A stretch of DNA of 64,000 nt from NCBI RefSeq assembly GCF_963921235.1, contig NC_086098.1, positions 237,956,001 through 238,020,000 of the forward strand, written 5' to 3'. The translations under genes and the position numbers were made by a program. Of this stretch, positions 35,990-48,229 are shown in pieces. Under the pieces are notes generated by a model, which saw only the letters and a program-made list of their open reading frames with translations, had not been told where the DNA came from and searched no databases. The first letter of the stretch is position 1; the number at the start of each line of letters is the position of its first letter. The DNA comes from Mobula hypostoma (taxonomy: Eukaryota).

Positions 35990-38020
35990 CGCAGAAAGCG
36001 GGTGATGGGCTACGGGACTGCTTCTAGTCGATGGATTGGGCCGCGTTCAGTGACACATCTGAATATCTGAATGAACACAGAACGGTGGTCACAGAGTATC
36101 TAAAAACAGCTGTACACGCGTGAGTACTCCGAAAATCATTCAGAATCTTTTCCCACCAGAGACCCTGGTTGAACTATGAGATCCGCAACCTGAAGCGGCC
36201 TAGATCACTAGATTTCAGATCTGGCATGAAAGTAAGATAGAAGACGTCCAGGTACGATTTTCGGAAAGCCATCTCACGGCGACGTAGCAATTCCAGACTA
36301 ATCTTCAATCACTAGACGATGCCTGGCAGCTGTGGGAAAGCTGGAATGTCATTATCTCTTACCAACCGAAACTAAGTGACATAGGCAACAGCAGGGTTTC
36401 GGAGTCAGATGAGCTCAATGCCTTCTAAAGTCGATTTGACGTCAAAACATGGAGAAACGTTCAGGAACTCCTACAGTCCATGATGGCCCTGTGATCTCAG
36501 TCTTGAGGTTGAAGTGTGAGCATCCTTCATACGAGTGAACCCACGGAAAGCATCCGGCTCAAATGGAGTACCTGGCTGGGTATGAAAATACCTGTGCTAA
36601 TCAACTGGCTAGAGCGTTCGCCAATGTCTTTAATCTCATGCTTTAGCAGTGTGATGTACTCGCAATCTTCAAACAGGCTTCCATTTTACCGGTGCCTTAG
36701 AAGATCGAGGGAATCTTCCTCAGTGACTGTCGTTCAGTTGAACTAATTACATCCACCGTGATTAAGCGCTTTGAGACGTTGGTGATGAAACATATCAACA
36801 GCTGCCTGATAAACGACCTGGATCATCTCCAATTTCGCAACTGGCATAACAGAAGCGTATCACGTACTTTTTCATTGCCTTCTCACTCACTACTGGAGCA
36901 TCTAGACAGCAAGAATGCAAACAACGGGTTGGTCTTCATCAACGACCGTTCGGCATTCGGCACCACCACCCCTGAAAACTAAACCAATAAGCTTCAAGAG
37001 CTTGGCCTTAATGCCTCCTTGTGCAATTAGATCCTCGATTTCCTCAAATCTAGACCCCAGCCCGTTTGGATTAGCAAAATCAATTCTTACACGAATTTCA
37101 ACAGCACGTCTGCACAAAAAGGACGTGTACTTAGACCACTATTTTACTCGCTGTACACTTATGAAGGTGAGGCTAAGCACAGCTACAAGCCATATATAAG
37201 TTTGCTAACAACACCATTGTTGTTGTCCCAGACAAAGCTGGAGACGAATCAACAGATCGGAGGAAGATTGAAAATCTGGCTAAGGGGTGCCATAACAACA
37301 TCCTTTCACTCAAAGTAAGCAAAGAAAGAGCTGAGGAAGGAGGAGGAAGCTGGAGGTCCAAGAACCAGTCCTACTTCGACGATCGGGGTGGAGAGGGTCA
37401 GTAATTTTTAAATCCTGGGCGTTTCTGTTTCAGAGAATCAGTCCTGGGCTTTGCACGAAAGTGCAGTTACAACGAAAGCACGGTACCGTCTTTACTTCCT
37501 TAGAAACTTACGAAGCATCGGCATGACATCTAAAACTTTTACAAACTTCCATAGATGTGCAGTGGAGGGTGTATTGATTGTTTGCATCGCGGCCTGGCAT
37601 GGAAACGCACCAATGCGCTTGCACGGAAAATCCTATAAAAAGTAGCGGCTGACGTCCAGTCCATCACAGTCAATCCGTTCCCACATTTTGAGACATCTGG
37701 AAGCAGAGCCTGTCCCTGGAAAGCAGTATCAATCATCGAACACACCCACCAAACAGACCATGCTCTCTTTTCTCGTGTTCTTTATTTGTCGGCTGTTTAT
37801 TTATTTTCATTTATTTATTATTACTTCTTTACTTTTATTTTATATTTACACAGTTTGTTGTCATTTGCTCACAGAGTGTATTTCTATTCTATTGGGTGTG
37901 GTCTTCCATTGATTCTGTTGTGGTTCATGGACTTACCGACTATGCCCGCAAGGAAACGAATTTTAGCTTTGTATATGGTGACTTATGTGTACTTTGATAA
38001 TAAATTTACCTTGAACTTTG
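35990..38020 (+). mobile_element. Rex1/Babar LINE, ~2-kb decayed 3' portion; its tail is also seen at window positions 1-80
   Basis: MIKRFETLVMKHINSCL..LDHLQF..LEHLDSK..FINDRSAFGT; RYRLYFLRNLRSIGMTSKTFTNFHRCAVE; tail matches 1-80. Confidence 0.85.
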
Positions 38021-39724
38021 CAATTTGAGCCCAAATGTCTTTAATTTGGTGTACTTAAGCAATCTCCACGCAGACATGTACAACCACGCATTCATCAGCG
38101 CAGAAGATACGCAATTGATCTCCTGGATGTACACGTGTCAGCTAATTATTATGTTATCGTGATAGTATTTGATTCCATTCTTTCCATCATGGAGCCTGTC
38201 GAGATTTGAACCCAGCACAACAACGCTTGGCTGCCTGCTTACCTTCGGCCTTGCCTAAGAAATCGGACTGTCCAGTCAACTAACTCTGAAGACTAGCAGT
38301 ATTCGTTTTATGTTTAGTTATTTATTTCAGCCTCCGTGCAGTCTTCGTTTTCGATTTGACAGTTTTAGTTGACGGCCCTGTTTGGCCTAGCGTTTATTGT
38401 TTTCTTTTCCCTCTAACTTTGTTCGCATTGAAGTCTGTGAAATTGAGAAAATTTTCTGCATGAGACCACTGCTGAACAGTCTGCCTTTGTTTTCAAGGTT
38501 TTCTGCCTCATTTTGAATTTTTCCATAACTCATCTCAACGGTCACCATCAACAGCAGCGAAAGTTTTCGCCTTCTTTCTAACCAGTGTTCAGAACCACTT
38601 TTCAGATCACCTTAATTTCCACATTAAAATCAGCGCTGAAACTTCAAACTCGTAGGGAAGATAAACCTATGCTATGAAACTTTCACATTGCTTGCTTTCG
38701 TGCGGCGAATACGCAGCCGAAAAGCTCACGACCAAAACAGGTGCAAAGACTGAAATTCCGCTGACACATGACATTAGGGCCAGAAGCATAAGTAACTCGA
38801 CTGAAGAAATCTGCGGGTTTAAGTTCTCTGGAAAAGGATGTGATGGGAGTCTTCACAATTTTTCTGCGGTATTATTGAGCCGAATTTACATATGCTTCTG
38901 GATAATGTGTGGAGTTGATTTATTTCTTTTAAGGAAATGAATTACTCCATCGGTGAAACTGAATTTTGGAAATACGTCAACATTATGCACAGAATGCTGA
39001 TGATGTTTCAGCATGTCAGAGTATTGTAAAGCTCCATTCCCAATAATACCCAGCAAATTCTGAAACCAAGTGGTTTGTGAAAATTTAAATGTACTGGTCA
39101 GGAGATGGGCACAGGCCTAGCCGGCGGTGGGGACGGGGCATAGAAGCGGGAAAAGCAGCTGCTGGAAATTCCACGGGTGACCATGTAGCGGTAGCAGAGA
39201 ATACTAAGGAAGTGTCTCAAACGAGACATGATAAGCTAACAAATAATGAGCTTTCACTTCCGTATCGCCTGTCACAATTTCGGACATTTCAACAAGAGTG
39301 AAAAATCAATAAACTTCTTGGTTTGTGTGCTGTCTTCCAATGAATGGGACAGAGAGTCAAATAAGAAGACTGGGTCATCGATTTTCCTCCTATTATTTGA
39401 GTGACCGCCGTCACCTCGATACACTGGGAAGGAATCAGTGTTGTTTGACCGTGGGATTACTTAAACCAATACGCTTTAGGCAGATAAGGTTTAAGATGTT
39501 TGTACGATCTAGCAGTGCAATACTGCCGCACTGCATGTACGAAAATGCACCTATTCCACCACTGCAATTTGCCAAACCCGTTATACTGTTACCTCCACTG
39601 ACCTGTCAATACCGCTGGCTTCAATACATTGCTAAATTGGTGATTCAACAAGAGTTTCATTGGGTCATAGAACACTTTAATAATGATCGCTAAATTTCAG
39701 GTTGTGTCCAAGGGATCAATGTCC

Positions 39725-40805
39725 ATTTAAGAATGAGATGTTCCTGAATCGCTGAGTGTATGCCTTCAGACTTCTGTATCTCCTATCCGATGGCAACAGT
39801 GAGCAAAGGGCATGCCTTGGGTGCTAGAGAACCTTAATAATGGACGCAGCCTTTCCGAAACACCGCTCCTTGAAGATGTCCTGGATACTTTGTAGGCCAG
39901 TACCCAAGATGGAGCCGACTAAATTTATAACCCTCTGCAACTTTCTTCAGTCCTGTGCAGTAGCACAACCACCCCTCCCCCACCATACTAAACAATGATG
40001 CAGCCTGTCAGAATGCTCTCGACAGTACATCCATCGAAATTTTTGACTGTATTTCTTGGCATACCCAATCTCTTTAAACTCCCAATGAAGCATAACCACT
40101 GACTTGCCTTCTTTAATAATAATAATAGCTACATTAATATGTTGGGACCAAGTTTGGTCCTTTGAGATCTTGACAACCAGGAAGTTGAAGCTGCTCACTC
40201 TCTCCATTTCTGATCCCTTTGTGAGGATTGGTATGTGTTCCTTTGTCTTACCCTTCCGGAAGTTGGCATATCTCACTCCTGTCCGCCCCCACCACCTGAA
40301 ATTCTGCCAACAATGTTTGTATCATCAGCAAATTTATAGATGTCAGTTCGGCTATGCATAGCCACGCTGTCATGGGCATATAGAGAGAAGAGCGGGGAGA
40401 TAAGTACACACTCCTGAGGTCAACCAGTGCTGATCGTCAGCGAAGAGATGATATTATCATCAATCCGCACAGATCATCGTCTTCCGGTTAGGAAGTCGAG
40501 GATCCAGTTGCAGAGGGAAGTACAGAGGCCTAGGTTCTGCAGTTTCTCGGTCAGGATTCTGGGAATAATGGTATGCAATGCTGAGCTGTAGTGTTTGCGG
40601 TGTCCAGCTGGTCTAAAACCATGTGAAGAGCTATTGAGATTGTATCTGCCGGTGACCTAATGTAGCGATCTGCAAATTGCAATGGGTCCAGGTCCTTGCT
40701 GAGGCAGGAGTTCAGGCTAGTCATGGCCAAGCTCTTCAAGTATTTCATTACTGTAGATGTAAGTGCTACCAGGAGACATTCATTAAGCCAGCTTGCATTA
40801 TTAGT
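39725..40805 (-). mobile_element. Rex1/Babar fragment (paralog of 3375-4455)
   Basis: [28 protein letters not shown]; MERVSSFNFLVVKISKD. Confidence 0.8.
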
Positions 40806-40819
40806 CTGAACAGGTCATA

Positions 40820-42650
40820 CCTCCGCCAGAAGAGATCGCAATGTTCCTGACGCCCTACCCCCTGCACTCATTAATTTGCCAAATCATCCTCTTTCTAACC
40901 TCACTGGCGCATGGCAAGGGCAGCAATCCAGAAATTAGGCCTCGTTTTCTAAATTCTCTTTTCAGGACCTCTCCGCTTTTCCTTCCTATGTCATTGGTAC
41001 CAATATGTACCAAGACGTCTGTCTGTTCTCCTTTCATCTCCAAAATTGTGTAGACGCGATCTGACACGTCGCTGACTCTGCCACCTGCGAGGCAACATGT
41101 CATGCGGGTGTCCCATACACGTCCACAGAATCTCCTGTCTGTTCCTCTGACCATTGAGTCCCCTGTCCCTCCCTATCCCCTCTTCTTCCTCAATCCCTTC
41201 TGGACCGTGCATGCATGCTCAGTGCCAATAACCCGGTCTCCGTGGTTCTCCTGTGAGGTCACCCCACAACGGTATCCAAAGCAGTATACTTATTATTAAG
41301 GGGACTGGCCACAAGGGTGCTCTGTGGTAACTGTCTATTTACATTTATCTTTCTCCTAACAGTCACCCCAGTCATGATCTTGCTATTGACTGGCACTTCT
41401 CAGAAACCGCATTGGGAAAGAAAAGTCTCTGGGCAGCATCCAGAGCAGGAAAGTTGCTATGGAAATGCAAGACCGTCTCATCGCATCGATTCCCACTTTT
41501 TCATAATGAATGCATAGAAATTGTCATCAAGCTCAAGCCACCTCGCATAGATAAGATTAAAATTGACTGTGAACTGTTAAACCGGCATCAAATAAGCAGA
41601 TTCATAGAATCACAGAACCCCACAACCCGGAAACAAATATTTCAGTTCAGCTGGTCAATGCTGGTCTGCATGGTAATACAGACTGAAAAGCTTGAGCACG
41701 TGGATATTAAGAAAAAGGATGTGCAGGAGCTTTTTGAAAGTATCAAGTTGGATAAGTCACCAGGACCGAACAAAATGCACCTCAAGCTAATGTAAGAGGC
41801 GAGGGAGCAGATTGTTGAGCTTCTGGCAGTGATTTTTGCATCATCAATGGGGACAGGAGAGGTTCCGAAGGATTGGAGGGTTGTGGATGTTATTCCATTA
41901 TTCAAGAAACGGAGTAGAGATAGCCCAGGAAATTATAGACCAGTAGGTCTTACTGAAGCGGTCGGTAAGTTGATGGAGAAGATCCTTAGATGCAGGATTT
42001 ATGAATATTTGGAGAGGCACAATATGGTTAAGAATAGTTTGCAGTTACATGAAGAGTAAACGGGAGCTGAGAGTTCATATTGGACCACTGGAAAATACTG
42101 CTGGTGACCTAGTAATGAGGGACAAAGAAATGGTAGATGATCGTAATGGGTACATTGCATTTGTCTGCACTGTGGATGACACTAGCAGTATGCCAGAGGT
42201 CCGTGAGTGTCAGGCAGCAGGAGTGAATGTTACGGCTATTACAAAGGAAAAAGTGCTAGACAACTGAAGGGTCTTAAGGTGGCTGAGCGAGGTTACCGAA
42301 GAGCTAACGGACTCATTAGTCGTGATTTATCAAGAATCACTTCATTCTGGCTTGGTCACGGAGGACGACAGAATTACACATTTACCTCACTCTTTAAGAA
42401 ATGAAATTGTATGCCTGTAAGCCTAACCTCAGTGTTTGGGCATTGTTGGACTCTATTACGAAGGATAAGGTTTCGGGATATTTGGAGACTAATGATAAAC
42501 TAAGTTAAAATCAGCATGGTTTCCACAAAAGGAAATCTAGCACTACTCTGTTAGTTCTTCGAGGAATTAACGAACAGTGTGGACAAAGGCGAGGCAGTGG
42601 ACGTCATTTACTTGAATTTTCAGAAAGCGTTTGATAAGATGCCACACAAC
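40820..42650. mobile_element. CR1 fragments: ORF1 esterase (minus, ~40820-41370) and ORF2 (plus, ~41690-42650); paralogs of 4490-6305
   Basis: MVRGTDRRFCGRVWDTRMTCCLAG..; DWRVVDVIPLFKKRSRDSPGNYRPVGLT. Confidence 0.78.
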
Positions 42651-44161
42651 GCTGTATGTTTCTTTCTATGAATGACAAATATTTCTGCAATATTTAATGT
42701 ATTCTCTTTATGTTAATTGATTTTTCTGTTTTCGTGTTTTATAATGCGATTGACAGTCCCTGTATTTTCAAAGATGTTTTAAAACGTTAACAATGTTAAT
42801 TGTTCCAGTAAACCAAATGAGGGCTTCATTTGCCCGATTGTTCATTGGATTTCTACCTTATGGACAGGATTTATTTTCTCTGTTGTAGCGCACGTTGCTC
42901 TGTATTGTCCATAAATATAGTGATTAATATGGTCATTAATAGTCGGTGGAGTCCAGGTACAGGTTGACACCACCCAACCAGCATAAAAAAAACCTCATTA
43001 ATGACGAAGGCAGATTTCTACACCAAATTCTTGAAGAAATCAGCAGGTCAGGCAACAGTAAATAACTTGTGTGAAATGTTACTGAATTCGTTGTGTGTAC
43101 AAGGAACTAAAACTCGCAGTCGTCTTATCAGTCACACCCCCCAGAAAGACCACGCTATTGGTCAAGCAAGGTATAACTTTAACATAATTAAACGAGTCTC
43201 CGAAGTCATCCTACACTTGTTTTGCGCTGCAGCAACTCTCTCCCATCTGCAATTACAGTCTCAGATCCAGCACAACAAGTTTCAGGAAGAGCTCAACCAT
43301 CAGGCCCCTGAGCCGAAGTGGATGACTTTAATCACGACATCTCTGAACTGATTCCGCGTTCTATAGACTCACTTTCAAACTCATGTCCTGAGTATTATTT
43401 ATATATTTGTCCATTATACCTTTATCCGTTTGTTTATCTGTTTATCATTGATTGAGTTTAATTGATTTATCTATACATGTATGCATTATTTATTTATCTA
43501 TCTCTCTTTCAATCTATCCATTTATTTATTTGTGGTTGTTTGTCATTGTGCTTCTCAATCTTTGTGTGTAGTTTTTCATTCCATCTATTCTACCTTTTTA
43601 TTCCACTGTGAATATCTGTAAGAACATGAAACTCAGAGTCGTATATGAAGACGTTTACAGACTTTGACAACAAATTTACCTTAAACTTTGAAGGTAACTA
43701 TGAGTTACAGAAGCTAGTGTGCGGGTGTGGTGGGTGGTGACGGTGGTGTCAGGGCGGGAAGTGAGGCCGATGGCCTTCATTCAGGAACTAATGGAATCGA
43801 TGGAGAGAATGGTCACGTCACGGGGAAACATCCCGACAGTGTAACACTCCCAATGATGGTAAGACGTTGGCCAAAAGACAGTGAGAATGTTGCTCTCCCT
43901 CCCACAGGGATGGTTGTATATGAAGAGCAGAAGTGCAGGACGACGAGGAATAGAAGGTTCCGGTGAATGCGGGGGTGAGTGCCGACGGACAAAGAATGCT
44001 CAGGACACAGAGAGGAGTAAGCGGATTAAGATGACCGAGACGATTGAACTGTAATTCTGATTGGGGCTCCTAGACGGCACGTTGTCCACGACCATTCATC
44101 CCAACATACTTCCAGCAGCCCAGTAAATACAAGACACGATAAATCTACCGCTGTTTCCTCT

Positions 44162-44167
44162 TTTATT
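44162..44167 (-). terminator. Candidate polyadenylation signal AATAAA for IgL cluster 2
   Basis: Paralogous to 8499-8504, ~290 nt after the C stop. Confidence 0.6.
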
Positions 44168-44456
44168 TAGAGATGTGTTACACAAATTCCAACACAGCAG
44201 GGGAGATCGCTCCTGAATCTACACAGAGCGGTAGTTCAGACACAGCACAGTGGGGACAATTCTACACAAAATTATCCCTCGCAAGAGATGGATTATTGTT
44301 ACCAACTGTTTTGAAATTATTAAACATTCTGATTGTTTGCATAAGCGAACATTACTATACAATTACATTGCAATGGGCTGCTGCACAGACACAATGATTG
44401 CTTCACTGCATTAAACAAGAACAAACAATCCGTGTGTGCTGCCAGACGGCACACTC

Positions 44457-44785
44457 TCACTGCGCACAGATGGACGAAGAGATGGTGTTGCGCAGCGGCG
44501 AGCTCAGCGAGCTGTGGCTCACGCTGCAGGAATAACTCGAGCCCTTGTTCCAGGCAGCGGTGGTTAGCCGCAGGTAACTGCTCAGCCTGTAGCTCTGATC
44601 GGTGTCCAGGGCCACGGCGCCTGTCGTCACCCCACTCTCCGTCTCGACTCCATCCACGCTCCAGCGCAGCGCTACCAAGCCCGGCTTAAAACCACTCACC
44701 AGACAGGACAGAGTGGCCGAACCCGTGTCGGTCTCCTCCAGAGATGGAGGTAGCAGAAGAACTGAGGGCTTCCGGGAATCGCTGC
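44457..44785 (-). CDS. Ig light-chain constant exon, cluster 2 (sigma-cart/type I-like)
   Basis: Acceptor CACATAG|GC; 329 nt; (S)SDSRKPSVLLLPPSLEETDTGSATLSCLVSGFKPG..YSCSVSHSSLSSPLRNTISSSICAQ*; about 95% nt identity to cluster 1 C. Confidence 0.96.
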
Positions 44786-46482
44786 CTATGTGAGAGAGGA
44801 GACGAAGGGGATAGAAACAATATTATTTCATGGACTGTTCAAAGATAGAAATACCAGCGCCAAATTAACGCAGTCATTGGGACACAGCAAACGGCACATT
44901 TGAAACCTCGGGTACAAAGCTTTGAATGAAGAGTTGCCCAGATTATTCGCAGCCTTGCGCGGCTACGACGTGACATCATCTATTTAAGAAAAATGTTTTT
45001 GAATCCACCCTGCTCTCGGTACTGCCTTGTGTTAAAAGATAACTTCAACACTACTCAGCCTCTTCGCTAATTCCCCACACCGTGCCCATATGATTGGTCT
45101 CTCTAGTGAGACCAGTTCCTTGTTGTTCTCCAATAACTCCCCAAATCTTGAACTCTTAGGACAATAACTGAGAATATTACACCTTCAGATAATGATAGAA
45201 AGAAGGCTCTTTGGGATGTCCCGAAGTCGGGGAAGCTCAGTAAATATCCAAGACTCGGTACCCAGTGGCTGAAGAAGAAATGATGGGAAAAAGAGCTGGT
45301 CTGTGAACCGGTGAGAAGCGGGAAAAGGCGAAACGCCTCGTTCAGATCCAGATTTAATTCCGAACCCGTAATAACCCGGCTATTGCCGCTCGACTCTGTG
45401 ACCAGTCTGTTGTCTGCCCAGCACCTTCCCCTAGTGTGTATTATTTTAAGTCTGACGTTTTTCTCCTGTGTTTTCTACAATCATAATGACGCTGTTCCTA
45501 ATCAGAAACTGCAAATTGCGTTAATCTGAAGCGGTCAACATCCTGTCCTTTGGTCCAGGATTTACCACACGCAGAAAAATTATGGAATATTCGCGAGAAA
45601 CATGTTCTCAGAGGTGGTGAATGAAGAGGGAAAGGTAGATGTCACGCTTGCGGTAGCGCGCCGAATTAGGTGTGAACATCATTCAAGACAGTATGTGAGA
45701 TAACGATAGGATAGACAGTCAAGATTTTTTTTCCCCAGGGCAAAAAGCTAAGCCGAGAGGAGAATAGTTTACAGGAGAAGTTTGGTGAATGTTTACTTTA
45801 TATACAGAGTGATGGGTGCATGAGCTGGAGGAGGCAGATACGATAGGGACGTTTAAGAAGCTGTTAGACGGAGACATGAGTGTGCTGAGAATGGAGGGAT
45901 ATGGAGTATCTGTAGACAGCAGGGATTGGTTTAATTTGACATCATAGAGGGGCCGTTATAATAAGACTATTGAATGGTTCTCTTGTACGGTAAAATGGAT
46001 TATTGACCGCACAATCTACCTCCTTATCATCTTGCAACTTATCTACCTGCACTGCATTTCCTCTGGGGCTATTAATTTTTATTCTGCATTAAGCTGTGTT
46101 TAACTCAATGCACCGTCATCACGTGATCTTTATGGACATTATGCAAGACAGATTTTTCATTGCATCTTGTGAAAAGTAGCAAAATTAAGCCAATACTAAT
46201 AATATAATGCACGGGGCCTATTGTGTTAAAGAGATGGCATATCGGAAAGTATTGAATTCTGCTACACCGACTGAAGTAGATCAAAAGTGTCAACAAAAAA
46301 TATGTTCACAAGTCAAGCGGCCATTAATTTGATTGTTGGGGCTGACTCGATAGGCTGAACGGCCTCTTGTGCCAGACTGAGACAGATGGAACCTGCCCTC
46401 CCTGGCCGGGATTTTATCCAGCTGTGGGGAATGAGAGTGGCTGCAGTGGGAATTGTTTGTAACAGAATGAGGGACCACTTAC

Positions 46483-46836
46483 TCTTAATATCCAGGATGG
46501 TGCCTGAACCGAAGATAACTCCATTATCCCACGCTGCACAGTAATAGACGGCGGAATCCCGGGGTTCCAAACTGCTGATGGTCAGAATGTAACTGTTGCT
46601 GGAGGTGTCTCTGGACGGTTGAAAACGGTCTGTGATCCCTGTACCTCGGTATATGCTATTGCCTGTGCTATGTGATAACACCCACTCCGGTCGCTCCCCG
46701 GGACGCTGTCGGTTCCAGCTAATGTAGTAACTTCCAACATTACCGTTCTGCATCCGACACTCTAAGCGGGCGGTTTGTCCCGCGGAAACAGGTCCGGACA
46801 TTGGGGTCTGATTGAGGACTGGGGCCGCGTGGATAT
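46483..46836 (-). CDS. Germline-joined VJ exon of Ig light chain, cluster 2
   Basis: Acceptor TTTTATCGCAG|AT; 354 nt; DIHA-APVLNQ..C..SYYISWNRQ..SHSTGNSIYRG..YYC-AAWDNGVI-FGSGTILDIK; donor AAGA|GTAAG. No RSS between V and J. Confidence 0.96.
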
Positions 46837-46943
46837 CTGCGATAAAACACGATAAAACCAGTGGGTGACTTGGAGCAAAATAAAAATCAGCAGTGATCCC
46901 AATTTTAACGGATAATCCGTGAGTAAACCAATCCGACTCTCAC

Positions 46944-46992
46944 CTGGTAAATGAACCAGCAGAACCCACAGGAGATGCAGCGCTGGGGACAT
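46944..46992 (-). CDS. Ig light-chain leader exon, cluster 2
   Basis: 49 nt, identical to leader 1; donor CCAG|GTGAG; 107-nt intron. Confidence 0.92.
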
Positions 46993-47110
46993 TCCTCCGG
47001 ACAGGTGCAGACAGCGAGCGCCCAAAAATTCCGACCGAACCATGCGCTGTTCTGCACACTTCGGGAACCCCTCCGCTTTCAGAGCCAACAAACTGGGGTC
47101 TTCGGGTCCG

Positions 47111-47133
47111 TTTATTAATTGGGATGTAAATGA
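47111..47133 (-). promoter_or_regulatory. Variant octamer/decamer (TCATTTACAT) plus TATA-like TAATAAA upstream of leader 2
   Basis: Same motif and spacing as cluster 1. Confidence 0.65.
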
Positions 47134-48229
47134 GTAGGCGGCGCCAAGGAAAGAATGTGGGCGGAGTTAGACAAGTTGACCTTCGGAAATTTTGAATGGC
47201 TACCTTGCTGATTTTTAAAACCTTAACCCCAAATTTCAAGGTTGTTTTATCTTCAGTTGTATTACATATTCAGGTCCGTAGAACCTTGGAGAATATTCAG
47301 GCTAAATTTATTTTAGACATTGTTTCGGCTGCTTCCCTCTGGAACAGTAGGTGTGAGTGGTGTTGGCACTCGGCCACTCGTCTCTGCCCAGAATGGCTAA
47401 TGATAAAAAAACTTTTCAAGATCACATCAAATTTCTACAAGGTCTCTTTGCCATCCCAAAAATACCTCGACAATGCATTGGTTCCTATCTGCATATCCTA
47501 TTCCTGCAGAAATCATGTCAGTACTATGCGTATCAGAGACTAAAGTTTGTCGCTAAAATGTGTAACTCTCAACCGACCAGTGCTTTTCTCTGTGGTCTCT
47601 AAAGCGGGTCTGTGCAGAATTTCATTCAACGTCAGACCGTCGGGTCAGTCATTCTGCAAAGGGGTTGCTGTGGAACGCAATCAACGCAGCAGGGCATCAG
47701 CAGTGCTCCTCTTGGCAGTGAATCTTCCGGGTAACATTAGATGGGAATTAGGGATGTTTAGCAATAATTGCACCAGTGATGCAAACGGATGTAGATGCTG
47801 CAATCTGGAGCAACTCGGAAAGAACTGGACGGACTGAACGAGTTAGGCAGCATCTATGCAGGGAAATAGACGGTCGGCGTTTAAGTCTGAGAACGCTCAT
47901 TTGAAACCTCATTCATGTAATTTTCCGACAGTGAGATATTCAGGCATGGAACAAGACTACGAAAACATTCATACAAGGCGGTTAGGAGCAAAATATACTC
48001 TGACTACATTAGTTCCAGCAAGGGGCTCTGTCAACAGGAAAGGATCTGACCACCAGCCCGTGACGTTCCATGACCTTACTTCGCCATCAACATCCGGGGA
48101 GGACCACTAATCAGAAAACACTGGATTCATTAAGTTGAGGCTTATAAATTAGTCGGTGGTCACAGGCTTTGAATTATAAAATTCAAAGTTCAAAGTTAAT
48201 ATACTGTCAAATTCCGATAAGTCATTCTT

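Larger units (their letters stand above)
1..37940. repeat. Unit A of a ~38-kb tandem segmental duplication carrying IgL cluster 1 (boundary set by window phase)
   Basis: AGGAAACGAATTTTAGCTTT at 11 recurs at 37951 (offset 37940). Collinear similarity continues to 25002, which matches 64000. Confidence 0.93.
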
